A stretch of DNA of 64,000 nt from Octopus vulgaris (lineage: Eukaryota): positions 70,184,001-70,248,000 of the forward strand of contig OX597828.1 in assembly GCA_951406725.2 (NCBI GenBank), written 5' to 3'. The notes under the pieces were generated by a model. It saw nothing but the letters and a program-made list of their open reading frames with translations. It searched no databases and was not told the DNA's origin. The position numbers and the translations under genes were made by a program. Positions 13,322 to 28,444 of the stretch are shown here, in pieces (positions within the stretch are counted from its first letter, which is position 1; each line of letters starts with the position of its first letter).

Positions 13322-13955
13322 TAGTCTTATTTTCATTATGTGCTTTCACTGCACTACCGAGTGCAGCTCTGTGTGCCTTGGGTACGTGCTGTGCTTTGTT
13401 GTGGTGTTGCTATTTTCACTGTATTGAAAGTATTTTACGCAGGATGCATGCAGTGCCTAATGGTGCTATTTTCTGTATGTTATATTTATTCGTAAGTCCT
13501 GGTGTTTCTCTTATGTATTTGTCTGTATGTTTTTTTTAATTATATTGTCATCTGTTGGGATTGATACATCAATTAGAAGACATTTTTTTTATGATCTCTG
13601 ACAACTATATCTGGTCTATTAGCCTTGATCTTTCTATTTCTGTGTTTTGGCATATCGCAGAGTATAATTGCTTTGTCATTTTCTGACATCTTTCCTGAGG
13701 TGTGCCTATGCCATCTTTTTTCTGTTATCATTCCATAGCGTTGGCATAGCTTCCAATGTATATAGCTCCCAATTCTGTCATGTCTGAGTATATTCCTTTT
13801 TAGCTGGGGCTGGGCAGCCAGAGACAATATGATTTATTGTTTCTTCCCCATCACCACATATTCTGCAGTTACTTATTGTATTTATCTTAAGTTTCAACAC
13901 ATTTGGTTCATCACAACAACTATACACAGGGAAATATTGTATTTTGTTGATTTTT
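13320..13955 (-). mobile_element. R4/Dong-clade LINE 3' fragment (CCHC knuckle + REL endonuclease) ending in (TAA)n
   Basis: CRICGDGEETINHIVSGC, RHDRIG..IHWKLC, KANRPDIVVRD, LIDVSIP and ..LGTA.ILRK.LS motifs across frameshifts. The 3' end runs into (TAA)n at 13260-13318. Confidence 0.85.
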
Positions 13956-13959
13956 GTGA

Positions 13960-14175
13960 GGCCCACCTGACTGGCTCCTGTGCCGGTGGCTTATTAAAAG
14001 CACCCACTACACTCTCAGAGTGATTGGCATTAGGAAGGGCATCTAGCTGTAGAAACCTTGCCCGATCAGTTTGGAGCCTGGTGCAACCTTTTGCCAGTCC
14101 TCAGTTGAACTGTCCAACCCATGATAGCATGGAAAGCAGACGTTAAACAATGATGATGATGATGATGATGATGAT
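13960..14175 (+). mobile_element. SINE family C with LINE-like 3' end and (GAT)n tail
   Basis: GGCATTAGGAAGGGCATC...CCAACCCATG..AGCATGGAAAGC.GACGTTAAAC(GAT)n. Many copies, e.g. 8870-9020, 9190-9380, 18280-18460, 21750-21960, 22175-22330, 29080-29300, 31015-31280, 44230-44480, 50570-50760, 53570-53710 and 61980-62265. Confidence 0.8.
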
Positions 14176-14299
14176 GTTCATAGCATATCAATGGTTGTTA
14201 ATGAATACCCCCACCCAAACCCTACTTGTTCACATGTGTCAGGTTTCTGTTTAATTATTTGGTGACTCTGGCTGTTGTATTCTTAGGGAATAACTTAAA

Positions 14300-14530
14300 G
14301 GGCATTTAAAACATTTGGTCTTTTCTGCCCCCTTTATTCTGTGAAGTAGAATGAGTATCATATTACACCAACTTTTAGGGAATTTGTTTCCCTTGGAATG
14401 AGCATTGAAGAGTTTGGCAAATTCATCTAATTTAATAGCTTTTACTGCATTTTTTTTTAAAACATCAGGTGTGTTGTTTTGTCTCAAGGCTTTAAGTCCC
14501 TTCAGTTGTTTAACTATGAGTTCTACTAAA
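14300..14530 (-). mobile_element. LINE (RTE-like) reverse transcriptase N-terminal fragment
   Basis: ..QLKGLKA.....PDVLK....FAKLFN.....FPKSWCN..LILLHRIKG resembles the KAPG.D..E.LK / LFN / P..W / LL.KKG block preceding LINE RT. Confidence 0.6.
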
Positions 14531-14545
14531 TCATCATCGTCATCG

Positions 14546-14596
<51 letters not shown>

Positions 14597-15493
14597 CCGT
14601 CATTGTCATCATCATCACTATCATCATTGTCATCATCAACATCACCACCACCATTGTCATCATCATCCTCATTGTCGCCGTCATCATCATCATCATCATC
14701 ATTGTCATTATCATCAGTCACCATCATCATCATCACCATCACCATCATCATCATCAACATCATCATTATCATTATCGTCGTCGTCGTTGTCATCATCCTC
14801 GTCATCATCATCATCATTGTCAACATTTGTCTTCCATACTGACATGGATGCGACTGAGACATATTGTTTAATTTCTAGAACTTGTAACCTCAATTACTGT
14901 GTGATACCACCTTCTGTTACTGGAATCGAACTCCTTCGGCAGAACTCCAGGCATTCCATGATCCTAATTCATGTATTTTACGACCATTCCACTTTTGTCT
15001 TTTAACGTTTTCATTTGGGTTTTTCCATTCGTTATTTCTCAAACAATTCCTTTAATTCTTCTGTTCACCCTATTTCACTAACCACTGCAGCCCAATGTAC
15101 TATAACGACTACTACGACCCAGTTTCCCTCCCCCCCCCCCACCACACACTAAATCATCTTTTGCCACCACTGTAATTCTTACACCCTTGTTTCTCTACTC
15201 TAACCACACCCCTTTTCTATGGTGCATCAATACTGCATCCTCCATTTACAAACTCCAAATAGAAAATTGCCTTTGGCAGTTTCTAGTTAAACATTCTGAC
15301 ATGCCCCGCTCAAAGCATTTACATATTCTTCAGCATGCCATATATATGTATAGACACACACATATACATATATACATTCATATGTACACACACACACACA
15401 CACACACACATATTTATATATATAAAATCATGCTGCACAGCACACGGTGCTATATATATATATACATTTTAAACAATACTATACAATATGCAG

Positions 15494-15562
<69 letters not shown>

Positions 15563-15951
15563 CACATATATACAGAGTGGTCGCTAGAAAAGCTGAAAAT
15601 TCGTGAAATGCTGATATATGTTTCCACAAGATCTATTTGAGGTAAACAGTAAGCATAAAATTCTCCGCTTTTCTAGAAACCACCCTGTATGTATATATGT
15701 GTGTGTGTGTGTGTATTGTACACCCTCATGATCATCATCATCATCACCATCATCATCATTTACCATTCACTTTCCATGGTGATATGGGTTGGATTGCTTA
15801 ACTGGCTCTGATGTACCTCAAGGTTGCATCGGGCTGCAATCTCATCTTTCGCATGGTTTCTATAGCCGGATGCCATTCCTAATGTCAACCACTTCACACA
15901 GTGTAATTCTATATCTATATAACAAACAACACTATTTAATACAATGATATA

Positions 15952-15995
<44 letters not shown>

Positions 15996-16170
15996 ACATA
16001 CTATGTAGCAGTACAATGTATATACACATATATGTATGCATTTATGTGCATAAGTATATATGTATGTATATATATCTGTATGCATGTACATATATACATA
16101 TACATATATATATATGCACACATACATACATACAAACATACAAACATACATACATACATACATACATACA

Positions 16171-16202
<32 letters not shown>

Positions 16203-16248
16203 AATTAAGTACATATATTTATATATAAATATATCCATACAGCAATAA

Positions 16249-16294
<46 letters not shown>

Positions 16295-17084
16295 GCATAT
16301 ATGTATGTGCGCGTGTATATGCACATATATAAATACATATATATATGTATGCATGTATATGTGATGTGTGTGTGTGTGTGTGAAAAACAACACCCAAAAA
16401 AGACAAGAAACTGTATACACCTACAGAGAGTATCAATGAAATCATTGATTGACAAAAAGTAGCAAATCCCTAATTAATCAATTATATTTGTAATTTTAGT
16501 CCATAGCTTAATTGCTTTCGTTGCTATGTGCACCGCTTGGTTGCTTGGTAAGCATCATAGAATTAGTGTGAGCTGGAAAGTGTGAGAAATAAAAAAAAGA
16601 TGTATATATATATATATGTGTGTGTGTGTATATATATATATATGTATATATATATATGCATATAGATATAAATAAATAAGTACAAACCTACCAGATACAC
16701 CAAACTGACTTGACTATTCAATAAGCAAGAACTTGTTTTACCTTCTCACTCAACTACCTAGCGATGTACCCCACATGCATGTGTGGGATGTACATGCATA
16801 GCTGTGTGTGTATATGCTCATAAGACACACACACATATATATGCATGTATGTATGTATGTGTATATATATATATATATATGTATGTATATAAGACATATA
16901 TATATGTATATATGACATATATATATGTATATATAAAACATATATATATGTATATACATATGTGTGTATGTATATATATATATATAAGACACACATATAT
17001 ATATTTAACACATATATATATATGTTTATGTATATAAGATACACACGTGCACACTCACATATATATATGACATATATATATATA

Positions 17085-17125
<41 letters not shown>

Positions 17126-17359
17126 ACATACACACACACACACATATATATATATACATACATACATATATGTATACATATATATATATATATATGAATG
17201 TGTATATGTGTATATATATATATATATGAATATATGCATATATATGTATGTATATTTGCACACACACACACTGTTTATATACATTTACACTTTTATATAC
17301 ATATATATACGTATATCATTCATATACATATACTCTTACATTCATATATATGAATTGAA

Positions 17360-17400
<41 letters not shown>

Positions 17401-17501
17401 CATTTATGTAGACATAATCCATCAGTCCAAAAGTGAAAAAATAAAAAGTTTTCTCCATCTCTCTCTCTCTCTCCTGTCCCTTCATTCTCTCTCTCTGTCT
17501 A

Positions 17502-17533
<32 letters not shown>

Positions 17534-17598
17534 CTGTCCCTTCATTCTCTCTCTCTGTCTATCTCTTTCTCTCTCTCTCTCTCTCTCTCTGTATATAG

Positions 17599-17795
17599 GG
17601 AATGTGGGATAAATGATGTAGAGGCTTCTAAAATTGAATTAACAACTTCCCTTGACAAAAGCAGCGCAACAACGACAACAACAATAGTAACACTGTTCTT
17701 CTTAATAATAGTAATAATAATAAAAGCAACCGCTCCACCACCCCCGCCTCCTGCATCTCCTGAAAAAGAAAAGAAAAAGAAGAAAAACAAGCAAG
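17599..17795 (+). CDS. Possible internal exon (unverified), low-complexity Pro/Lys-rich peptide
   Basis: (CT)n-TATATAG acceptor, open frame ECGINDVEASKIELTTSLDKSS...PPPPPPASPEKEKKKKKNKQ, and donor CAAG|GTTAGC. No recognisable domain. Confidence 0.2.
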
Positions 17796-19515
17796 GTTAG
17801 CATGAATAGATTTGAACAGGTAAACTGTGTAGTGTGAAGTTGTTTAGGCGGCAGAATAACAGAATCGATTTTATTGAGTGTTTCATTGAATGTATCGCGT
17901 ATTGGGTCATAGCAATCCTTCATAGAAGCTTGCTTTACAAACCCTTTGTTCACTGGTCGCATGTGATGGTCGTTGTTGGTCACTATTTGTAGCTCTAAGC
18001 CTTTACCAAGTGCTAACTATTGCTGACTATTGACTTTATCAACTACACAATTTTCGTTTTGGTTTCTATGGCAGTGGTATTTGGCTGCTTGTGAAGGCAT
18101 GTGGCTTAGCGGTTGGGGTAATCGGCTCATGATCTTTAGGTCATGGGTTCAATTCCTGACAGCACATTGTGACCTTCAGCAAGACAATTTATTTCACATT
18201 GCTCCAGTTCACTCTGATGGCAGAAATGAGTACCTGTAATTCAAAGGGGTCAGTCTTGTCATTCCCTTTGTCATGCTGAATCATCATCATCATCATCATC
18301 GTTTAACGTCTGTTTTCCATGCTGGCATAGGTTGGACGGTTTGACTGGGGACTGGCAAGCCAGTAGGCTGCAGCAGGCTCCAATCTGATCTGGCAAGGTT
18401 TCTACAGCTGGAAGCCCTTCCTAACACCAACCACCCTGAGAGTGTAGTGGGTGCTTTATCTTTTCACTTTTATTTGTTTTAGTAATTAGACTGTGGCCAT
18501 GCTGGGGCACTGCATAGAAGAAATTTTCATAGTCAAATTAATTGAAACCAGTGCTTGCATTTTATAAGTCTTGTTCTTATTCTGTCAGTCTCTTTTGCCG
18601 AACTGCTATGTTATGGGGATGTAAATACACCAACACCAGTTGTCAAGCAGTAGTTGAGAACAAAGACACACACAGAGACACACATGTACATGTATATATT
18701 TACATGACGGGTGCCATTCATTTTCTGTCAAACAAATCCATCACAAGGCTTTGGCCAGCCTGGGGATACAGTAGATGGCACTTGCCCAAGGTGTCAGACA
18801 CTAGGACTGAACTCAATACTCTGTAATTGGGGAGCAAACTTCTTACCACACAGCCACGCCCTCACCTATACAAACCCTATAATAATAGATCACCATTATC
18901 CAGTCTCACAAATCAAGAATCTACAGACATCTTGTATCGAGTGTCACAAATCTTATAAATTAGTTGATGTCCAATATCTTCTGTCCTCAATTTCACAATA
19001 AATGTCTATCCTTTTCTATAAAGTAACCGGCACCCTCCAGCCCTACAACCCCATTTAACATGCTACCCATTATTTCAGCTCTCAAGTACCATAGTTTATA
19101 ATAAGAATCAATACCATTCCATTGTTTAATCTCTTATAACACTATTGAGCTAATACTCCATACATTATCACACCAGCAACCCCCATCTGCCCATAATGAT
19201 AGCCTCTAGAAGTGTTATCTCTACTGACAACTGGGCCGTGCCTGGTTCAGCAAAATCCAGTGAATTTAGTCCATATTGGAGAGACTGCTTGCTGGCTACG
19301 GTGATAAAAATCACAAGTTATTATATATTGATCTTATAAACTTCCCCTTCTGTTATCTGTCTTCTATCGGTTAGAGTGAGGTCACTCAGTGAGCTATTTT
19401 ATTGCAGTTTTAACAAGTAAGATAATTGAATCAAGGCTATAATTTCTACCCAGTAAGTTAATCCATGCCAGAGAATTTGGCAGTAATACTCACCATTGTA
19501 TTAACTGTGTGTCGC

Positions 19516-19547
<32 letters not shown>

Positions 19548-19722
19548 AGAGGGAGAACAATTATTGACTTGTAAAAGGAAGCTGTTGATGTTTATTTCAA
19601 ACCCATCCTATCAATACTTTAATAGATCAATCAATCTATCAATAAAGACACTACGATAAATGAACTAGAAGAGAAGAAGCGAAACACCAGCAAACACACC
19701 AAAAACAAGCAACCGATAACAA

Positions 19723-19889
19723 TGATAATAATAATAATAATAATGATAATAATAATAATAATAGTAATAATAATAATAATAATAACGATGGTGATAATGA
19801 TGATGATGTTGATGATAATGATGATGATGATGGTGATGGTGATGGTGATGATGATGATGATGATGATGATGATGGTGATGGTGATGATG

Positions 19890-19973
<84 letters not shown>

Positions 19974-19986
19974 GTGATGGTGATGG

Positions 19987-20032
<46 letters not shown>

Positions 20033-20048
20033 GATGATGATGATGATA
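19723..20048. repeat. (AAT)n-(GAT/GGT)n compound microsatellite
   Basis: Direct reading. Confidence 0.95.
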
Positions 20049-21453
20049 AACTAAATAAACATGAACTCTACTTCCAGCTTCCTCTCCCAGTTCTGCAAAC
20101 TTTCTCTTTTTCTGGCAGCCGTAATCATAAAGCCATAAAATTCGCTATTTCTCTGTTGGCAGCCATGTTTGTATGTGAAATTTTCTCGAAATCTCACATC
20201 TAATCATTGTTTGCAAACCTTGTGTCACATATTCAGTGTTGAGGGTTAATGGTTATGGCTAAAGGTCAGGGTGAGGTTTTGGGGGCAGGGTTATAGTTAC
20301 CGACTGACAGTGTCGCATTCTCTGGGGGGATTATTAGCATCGTTATTGGCAGAATTGTTTGAACATCAGAGAAAATGCCTTGTGACATTTGTTCTTGCTC
20401 CGAGTTCAAATCCTATCAAGGTCAAGCCTTGCCATTCAGTTTTTTTTTTTTTGTTGATTTTTTTTGAGTGTCAATAAAATAAAGTACCAGTTAAGCATGA
20501 GACTGAACGGCATCTACAAACACCCTCCCCTCAAAATAGCTGGCCTTGTAACCTACATCAGAAACCATTAGCATATAACACTGTTTCATTATATTTATAT
20601 CAGTGGTTGAAAAACTGCTGTTGTTGTTGTTGTTGAGACCCATGATCAAAGTCAATCCAGACATGATCATCTCATCTTTCAGTGGTGGTGGGATGACTAT
20701 CTAGGGTTGTATTATTCTAATAATCTACTCCCTTTCATTAAGATGGTTGTGTGTGATTTGAAAAAGAGTAAGAGAAAGATTTTGCTACTATTTCTAGCAG
20801 ATGAAGCGACCACATAGAAGCACAATCCTAATGGAGAATTAACGAATTAATGTGTAATTGATGCATAATTAAGGAATTAATGAATTATGAGTTATATGTC
20901 AAACATGTCTCTAGGCCTAAATAAACATCTTTCCCTCGTCAGCTTATCACCATGAAATTGTACGAAGTAGATTAAGTGAAACCTATCTTCTGGGATGACA
21001 TGACAAACTACTGTAGGCAACATTCTCAGATATGTAATTGCCTGTCAAAGAGTGGCGGCACATTGAAGTAGGTGGAGGAGCTCAGGTTGTGCCTCTTCAT
21101 AAGTGTTTCAGTTGTTTTGACCAACAGAACCTCCTACTTAACTCTACATAGGTATTTCAAATTTTTGCCACAAGGGCAGCTTGGGGGAAGTGGGGATAAA
21201 GCGATTACATTGACCCCAGTGTTCAACTGGTACTTATTTTATCGACCCCAAAAGGATGAAGGGCAAAGTCAACCTCAGCAGAATTTGAACTCAGAACGTC
21301 GCAGCAGACGAAATACCACTCAGTGTTTCGCCCGGCATGCTAATGATTCTACCAGTTCACCACCTTATTTAATTCTATATAATAACAGTTGATATAGATG
21401 CGCATTATTTGGTTGGCTTATTTCTCCAGTCATGCTTCACATTGTGTAGAGGA

Positions 21454-21494
<41 letters not shown>

Positions 21495-22581
21495 AAAAAG
21501 AGATACAGAGGGAGTTGACATATGTTGAAGTTGAGACAGAAACATTGAAATTGAATACCCCACATTCTCACACACGTACGCACACATATTTACACTTCCA
21601 CACTTAGAGTTTAATTAGAAGGATCATCTTGTCAAACATTTGGTTGGGAGAGGTAAAAAGCAACAGGTTTACACAGCCACATCTGTATGTGTAACTGCAT
21701 GCACACACACACACACACACACATGTATTCACATTATCATCGTGATCTTTCAATGTCTGTTTTCCATGCTGGCATGGGTTGGATGGTTTGACCTGAACTG
21801 GTAAGCTGCACCAGGTTCCAGTCTGATTTGGCTTGGTCCCTGTAGCTGGATGCCCTTCCCAATGCCAACTGCTTTACAATATGTGGTACAAGCTTTTAGT
21901 GTGCCACCGGCATGCGTGCACCTATGTGACACTGACACGAGTGCTTTTTATGTGACACCAGCACGATTTTATGTGAGTGTATATATATTGAGAAAAGAAA
22001 GTTGTCAGAATTTTGGAAAAAACGTGTCAAATAAAATTTTCTGAATGTACAAACAGCTTGTTCATTTATATAAAACAGATGTTTTTGGTGGGTTTTGTTT
22101 AGAAGAGAACTTTTTTTTTTTGGTGAGGTTCCATGACAACGAAGATGGATAGATAAAAATATTGGTAGGCTGAGAATTGGCAAGCCAGGAGGTTGCACCA
22201 GGCTCCAATCTGATTTGGCAAGGTTTCTACGGCTGGATGCCCTTCCTAATGCCAACCACTCTGAGAGTGTAGTGGGTGTTTTTAATAAACCACCGTCATG
22301 GGAGCCAGTCAGGTGGCACTGGCATCAGCCAGGAAAAGTATACTTCCAAAGTTGGCTGTTATATGATGATTAACACTTCCATTGCATCACAGTGAAGGTA
22401 ACTGAGTATCCCACCAGAAGTTCATGTACTTTTAGTGAGGCAGGGTCAAGGTTATTACTATCTGACCAGATTGGGTAGTTTGAATTACAACAACTGTCCA
22501 GCTTGTATTATGAGTGGTTAGGGTGGGGAGGTGGCAGAATCATCTGGGCACAGATGATTACATTATTTGTTCTTGTATCAA

Positions 22582-23190
22582 GGTGGTGAGCTGGCAGAAT
22601 CGTTAGCACTCTGGACAAAATGCTTAGCAGTATTTTGTCTGCCCCTATGTTCTGAGTTCAAATTCTGCTGAGGTCAACTTTGCCTTTCATCCTTTTGGGG
22701 TCCATAAATTAAGTACCAGTTGGACACTGGGGTTGATGTAATCGACTCATCCCCACCTCCTCAAGCTGCCCTTGTGGCAAAAGATTTGAAATTATTATTC
22801 GTTCTTGTATTATTTAAGGTGGTGAGCTGACAGGATTGTTAACACGCTGGGCAAAATGCTTAGCGGCATTTCGTCCATCTTTACGTTCTGAGTTCAAATT
22901 CTGCCAAGGTTGACTTTGCCTTTCATCCTTTTGGAGGTCAATAAAAATAAGTACCAGTTGAGCACTGGGATTGGTGTAATTGATTTAATCCCTCTTCCAA
23001 ACTTGCTGGCCATGTGCTGCTAAAATTTGTCCTGGTTCGTTCTTTATGTCCTGACTTCAAATCCTGCTGAGTTCAACTTTACCTTTCATCCCACCAGGGT
23101 CAATAAAATGCCAGTCAAGATTTGGATTCAGTGTAATCAACTAATCCCCTCCCCGCAAAATTGCTAGCCTTGTGCCTAAATCAGAAACCA
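22582..23190 (+). mobile_element. Tandem cluster of three SINE family B copies
   Basis: Repeated GGTGGTGAGCTG.CAG.AT.GTTA.CAC...GAGTTCAAATTCTGC..AGGT..ACTTTGCCTTTCATCC units. Confidence 0.8.
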
Positions 23191-23674
23191 TTATGATATA
23201 GTGGTTGAGTATTCCATAGTCAAGTACTAGTTAGACAAGAAAATAGGTTTTCTATTTTGAGATTTCTTTCAAAGACCAATAACTATTGCAGCAACAACAA
23301 CAACAACAAACAACAATAATAACTACAACAACAACAACAGCGGCAGCAGTTGAAGCTGCAGCCATACAACTGCAAGATAACCGTGCGTGTCTCCATATGT
23401 TTGGCAGTCAGACTGTGCAGACTGTGCAGTGTTGTGCAGGTCTGTGCTGCTGGCTGCATGTGTGGCTGTGAGACCAGACCGAACGTCTCTCGTTTCAACA
23501 CTTTGTGCGGTGTGAGAGATGCATCAGTGATCACAGAACGATCAAAGCCGAATCATTCCACAGAATAAACTCATTTAACCAATTCTTTCTGCAATCATTT
23601 GTTTTCCTGCAAGCAGGAATGTTCTGGAAGGTGCACAGGTGGGGGAAGAGGAACAGGGGGACTAAGTTAAAAGC

Positions 23675-23705
<31 letters not shown>

Positions 23706-24282
23706 ATGCATGCACACACACATACTCACATGCACACACACATCCACACACATTCACTCACATGCACACACACACACATGCACACCCACGCACATTCACT
23801 CACATGCACACACACACATACATGCACACACTCTCACATTCACACACATATACATACTCACACACACACATGTATGAAGATGGTGAGGGAATAATAATTG
23901 GTCAACATGTAGGACCACTGAACCATCTCACAACAACAGCCAACCAAATGTTTTGTTTAGAATTCCAATTTCTAACACTTTTGGAAGAAGATGAGTTACA
24001 GTGGCTCTCCAGTTAGAGTGTTGGATTGGCTATATGGAGCATTTACTGTGTTCCACACCAAACTTCTTAACGTACAGATGAGTTCTGTTAGTATGTTCAG
24101 GTTGTCCATACAACACTGCTGTGTTGGTTTCTGTTACATATAGCTATACATACATACATACACACATACATACATACATACATACATACATACATACACA
24201 CATACATACACACATACATACATACATACATACATACATACATACATACATACATACATACATACATACATACATACATACA

Positions 24283-24318
<36 letters not shown>

Positions 24319-24934
24319 TACATATAGTTAATCCAAACATGAAAACACAAAGAGAAAACACAACAACGCGAGGACGTGGAACAAGTATAGTATTATTGGA
24401 CGCTCAGGAAAGAAGGAAAGAAGGAGGGTTTATGTATATTTTTTCAATGTGTACAAATAACAAGGAAAATTAAATAAATAGTTACCAGTGTAGCAAAAAT
24501 TCACATAAGTACCAAGGATATTACAGCCTAGTTATAAAGGTAGAAATTCCAGGGTTAAGTGAAATATTTTTGTATAACATAGATAAATTAAGAAATGGAG
24601 ACAAATGTAGGTGTTATTCAAATCTTTATACTTCCAACATATGTTAAAAAAAAAAAACATTGAGATTATTCTGGAGGGAATAAAAATGATGTAAAACAAT
24701 GCAATCATCTTGTCAGTATTATTTCTAAATCTCTCAAAGGGAGACATACAATAACATTTCTTTCTTTAAAGAAAAATTTAATTGCCAACATAATATGGCT
24801 GTCCTGTAAGGGATATTGTTACTGTTTATTAGCCCCAAGAAACATCCTTTCTAGCTGGCTATACAACACATTATCAGTGTCCTTATATTTTTGAACTGGG
24901 AATTCAGCATCCCTGCCCCAGCACAAGACAACAT

Positions 24935-24975
24935 CTGTGGACTGGTTTCAGGGTTATTGCTCTTCATCAACACAG
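24935..24975 (-). ncRNA. Minimal type I hammerhead motif, C3U variant
   Basis: Minus strand: CTGTG-TTGATGA-AGAGCAATAACCCT-GAAA-CCAG-TC-CACAG. 5 bp stem I and GUC triplet. Confidence 0.55.
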
Positions 24976-25090
24976 AGTAGATGCTTGGCTAGATGGCATT
25001 CAAACATAGATTTCAATATGACACACAGCCACTGATCTATAAATAGAAACAGTATTATTTCTAAATCTCTCAGAAACTTTACTATATATA

Positions 25091-25152
<62 letters not shown>

Positions 25153-25523
25153 TTTCTTTGTTTATTGTATAAGCAGTAGTCAGAATTTCTCAGGTTTAGG
25201 AGAATTTTCATATAGGTTCAGCAATTTAATTCTAATTATATTCTGCCATAGATCAATGCACATCAGTCTTTAAAACATACCAATGTATCAGTCGTTAAAA
25301 CATTAAAGCATATTAAAAACTCACGAATGCACAAATATATAATAATCTAATACACATATATAAATAGATGAATGTAAAATAGGTAGAACGGCATTGTAAA
25401 AATTGTTAAGAATAAAAGTATGACCTTACAAAAAGGTGAATAAAGTAAAGTCTTCCAAAGAGTGAATAAAAGAACATTGTAGCATTGAGGTCTCTCTCTC
25501 TCTCTCTCTCACCCTCCCTCCCA

Positions 25524-25555
<32 letters not shown>

Positions 25556-25667
25556 CATCATCATCATCATCATCATTTAACGTCCGCTTTCCATGCTAGC
25601 ATGGGTTGGACGGTTCAACTGGGGTCTGGGGAGCCCGAAAGCTGCACCAGTCCAGTCAGATCTGGCA

Positions 25668-25704
<37 letters not shown>

Positions 25705-25776
25705 TATATGAATTTTTTGTGTAAAGAGATAAAAAAACCAAGGCTGTATAGATATTAGAGCATTTATAAATAGAAG

Positions 25777-25831
25777 GTCTTACAGCTGTTTCTAGAATAT
25801 TAATTAATAATAATATCCCTTCATCAGAGAC
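25777..25831 (-). ncRNA. Minimal type I hammerhead ribozyme with palindromic stem III (CAGCTG)
   Basis: Minus strand: GTCT-CTGATGA-A-GGGATATT(ATTATTAATT)AATATTCT-A-GAAA-CAGCTG-TA-AGAC. Lies within a ~210 bp element (25708-25920) between (TA)n tracts. Confidence 0.8.
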
Positions 25832-26284
25832 GGTGTGAGAGGAAAAGTTAAGTCATAGTTAGTTTGGTCTGTCTATAGCACTTATTCAGCACTTTGGGTC
25901 TCAATGACACCATTATCTCTTATATATATATATATACATGTATGTATGTATGTATATGATGTGGCAATGCTTCAACAAGTAAAAGCTCTCAATCAGCTGA
26001 GAGAGTAAAAAATAATCTTAAAAAGAAAAATCACAAATCTTGTAAATACAGCTACCCAGGGTTTCCTGGTTGAAATAATAATTTATTCTGCCATTTATCA
26101 AGCTGAAAACAAGACTGTTTATCAGTTGTCGGTTGAGCAGATAATGTTTAAACAAGAGAGGCTTGTAAAGAAGAAAGCAAAAGGGAAAAACCTCATTCCT
26201 TGTCTTTGTGTATTCATTGTGTTTAAAATATGTTCAGTGTGTATATATATGTACACACATACATATATGTTTGTATGTATATGT

Positions 26285-26321
<37 letters not shown>

Positions 26322-27890
26322 TACATACACACACATATATGTGTATGTATGTGTGTGTATGCCTACATGTATGTATGTATACAAATTTCCAGTATTGAGT
26401 ACTCTCTTTCCTTTTTATTTACACTCAAATGCTTACATATGTATACATACACACACACTCATGTACTTACACACATATGTGTGAATGTGCACACATATGC
26501 CTCTGTGTATGTGTGTACAAGTACACATGTGTGTGTGTGTGTATGTACATATGCAAGGAACACTTTACGTTTAAGAAGTGCTTCAACTGTTATTGTTGGC
26601 TGTTATCGTGTAGTGGTTAGGATTAAGATTAAGCCTAAAAGATAATGTTTAATCCCTCCTTAAATATTGCCCTGAACCCACTTTCAAAACAAACAAATTT
26701 AAAGCCCAAATAATAATGAAGATAATCATGATAATAATAAGGATGGTGATGATGATGATGATGACGATGATGATGATGATGATGGTGATGATTATAATAA
26801 TAATATCTAATGTTTGAATTATAAAATAACAATTTGATGATGAGGGTCTCATTTGATATTGTGAGTGTGTATATAACTTGGCAGGGGTATATATTAGGTG
26901 TGTATACCATGGTGGTACACTATTGTATGTACAATCTTTTATTCTTTCACTTGTTTCAGTCATTTGACTGCAGCCATGCTGGAGCATTGCCTTGAACAGT
27001 TTTTAGTTGAACAAATCAACCCCTGCCCTCCACAGGACTTTATTTTTGAGCCTAGTACTTACTCTATTAGTCACTTTTGCCAAACCGCCAAGTTACAAGG
27101 GAGGGATGTGAACACACCAGCACCAGTTATCAAGCAGTGATGGGGAGGAGGGGAACAGACGTAGACACAAAGACACACACATGGATACATACACATTCAC
27201 ATACACACATACATACATGCATACATACATACATACATACATACGTACGTATGTATGTATGTATGTACGTATGTATGTATGTATATATGTATGTACAACA
27301 GGCTTCTTTCAGTTTCCATCTACCAAATTGACTCACAAGGTTTCAATTGGCCTGAGGCTATAGTTGAAGACACTTGCCCAAGCTGCCATACAGTGGGACT
27401 GAACCTGGAACCATCTTGTTGGTAAACAAGCTACTTACCACACAGCCATGCCTGCACCTTGTGTATAGTTGTCGTAAGAGCTACTTAACTTTAGAAACTG
27501 TTATGTCCCTTGTAGCCTCTTAGGGTACCATACCAGTAATACTTGTGGATGACATTCATTCATCTTAATAAATGTTAATAAATTTCTCGACAAAGATTTA
27601 TTTGTTGTGGGATTTTTGATTGGACGCTCTTCCTGTCACCAACCCTTATCTTTTTCCCAAGTGAACGATGTCTTTATTCCACAGGTCTTTGTAAGGAGCA
27701 CTCACAAAGGTCAACAAGGAGTGTCCCCATTAGCAATCAGTACTACTTTGAGCATAGAATATATAAGTCTGGATGTATACACAATGTGATTGCATACACA
27801 CACACACACACACACCTGCACACACACATGAACATGCACACACACATGAACAGACACACACACGCACACCTATACATATGTACATATCAG

Positions 27891-27930
27891 AGTCCGATGA
27901 ATGGTGCATGATCAAAACTTCAAAGTAACT
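27891..27930 (+). ncRNA. Degenerate hammerhead remnant (GAAACTTCAAAGT family)
   Basis: AGT-CCGATGA-ATGGTGCATGATC-AAAA-CTTCAAAG-TA-ACT. Stem I AGT/ACT is kept and both core boxes are mutated. Confidence 0.45.
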
Positions 27931-28056
27931 ATCATTCCTTGTAAAATTATATTAAATATATACACACACATATATGTATGCATGTATGTATGTGTGTATG
28001 TACATACATGTGTGTGTAACCCATGCCAGCATGGAAAGCAGACATTAAACGACAAC

Positions 28057-28089
<33 letters not shown>

Positions 28090-28100
28090 ATATATATAGG

Positions 28101-28444
<344 letters not shown>

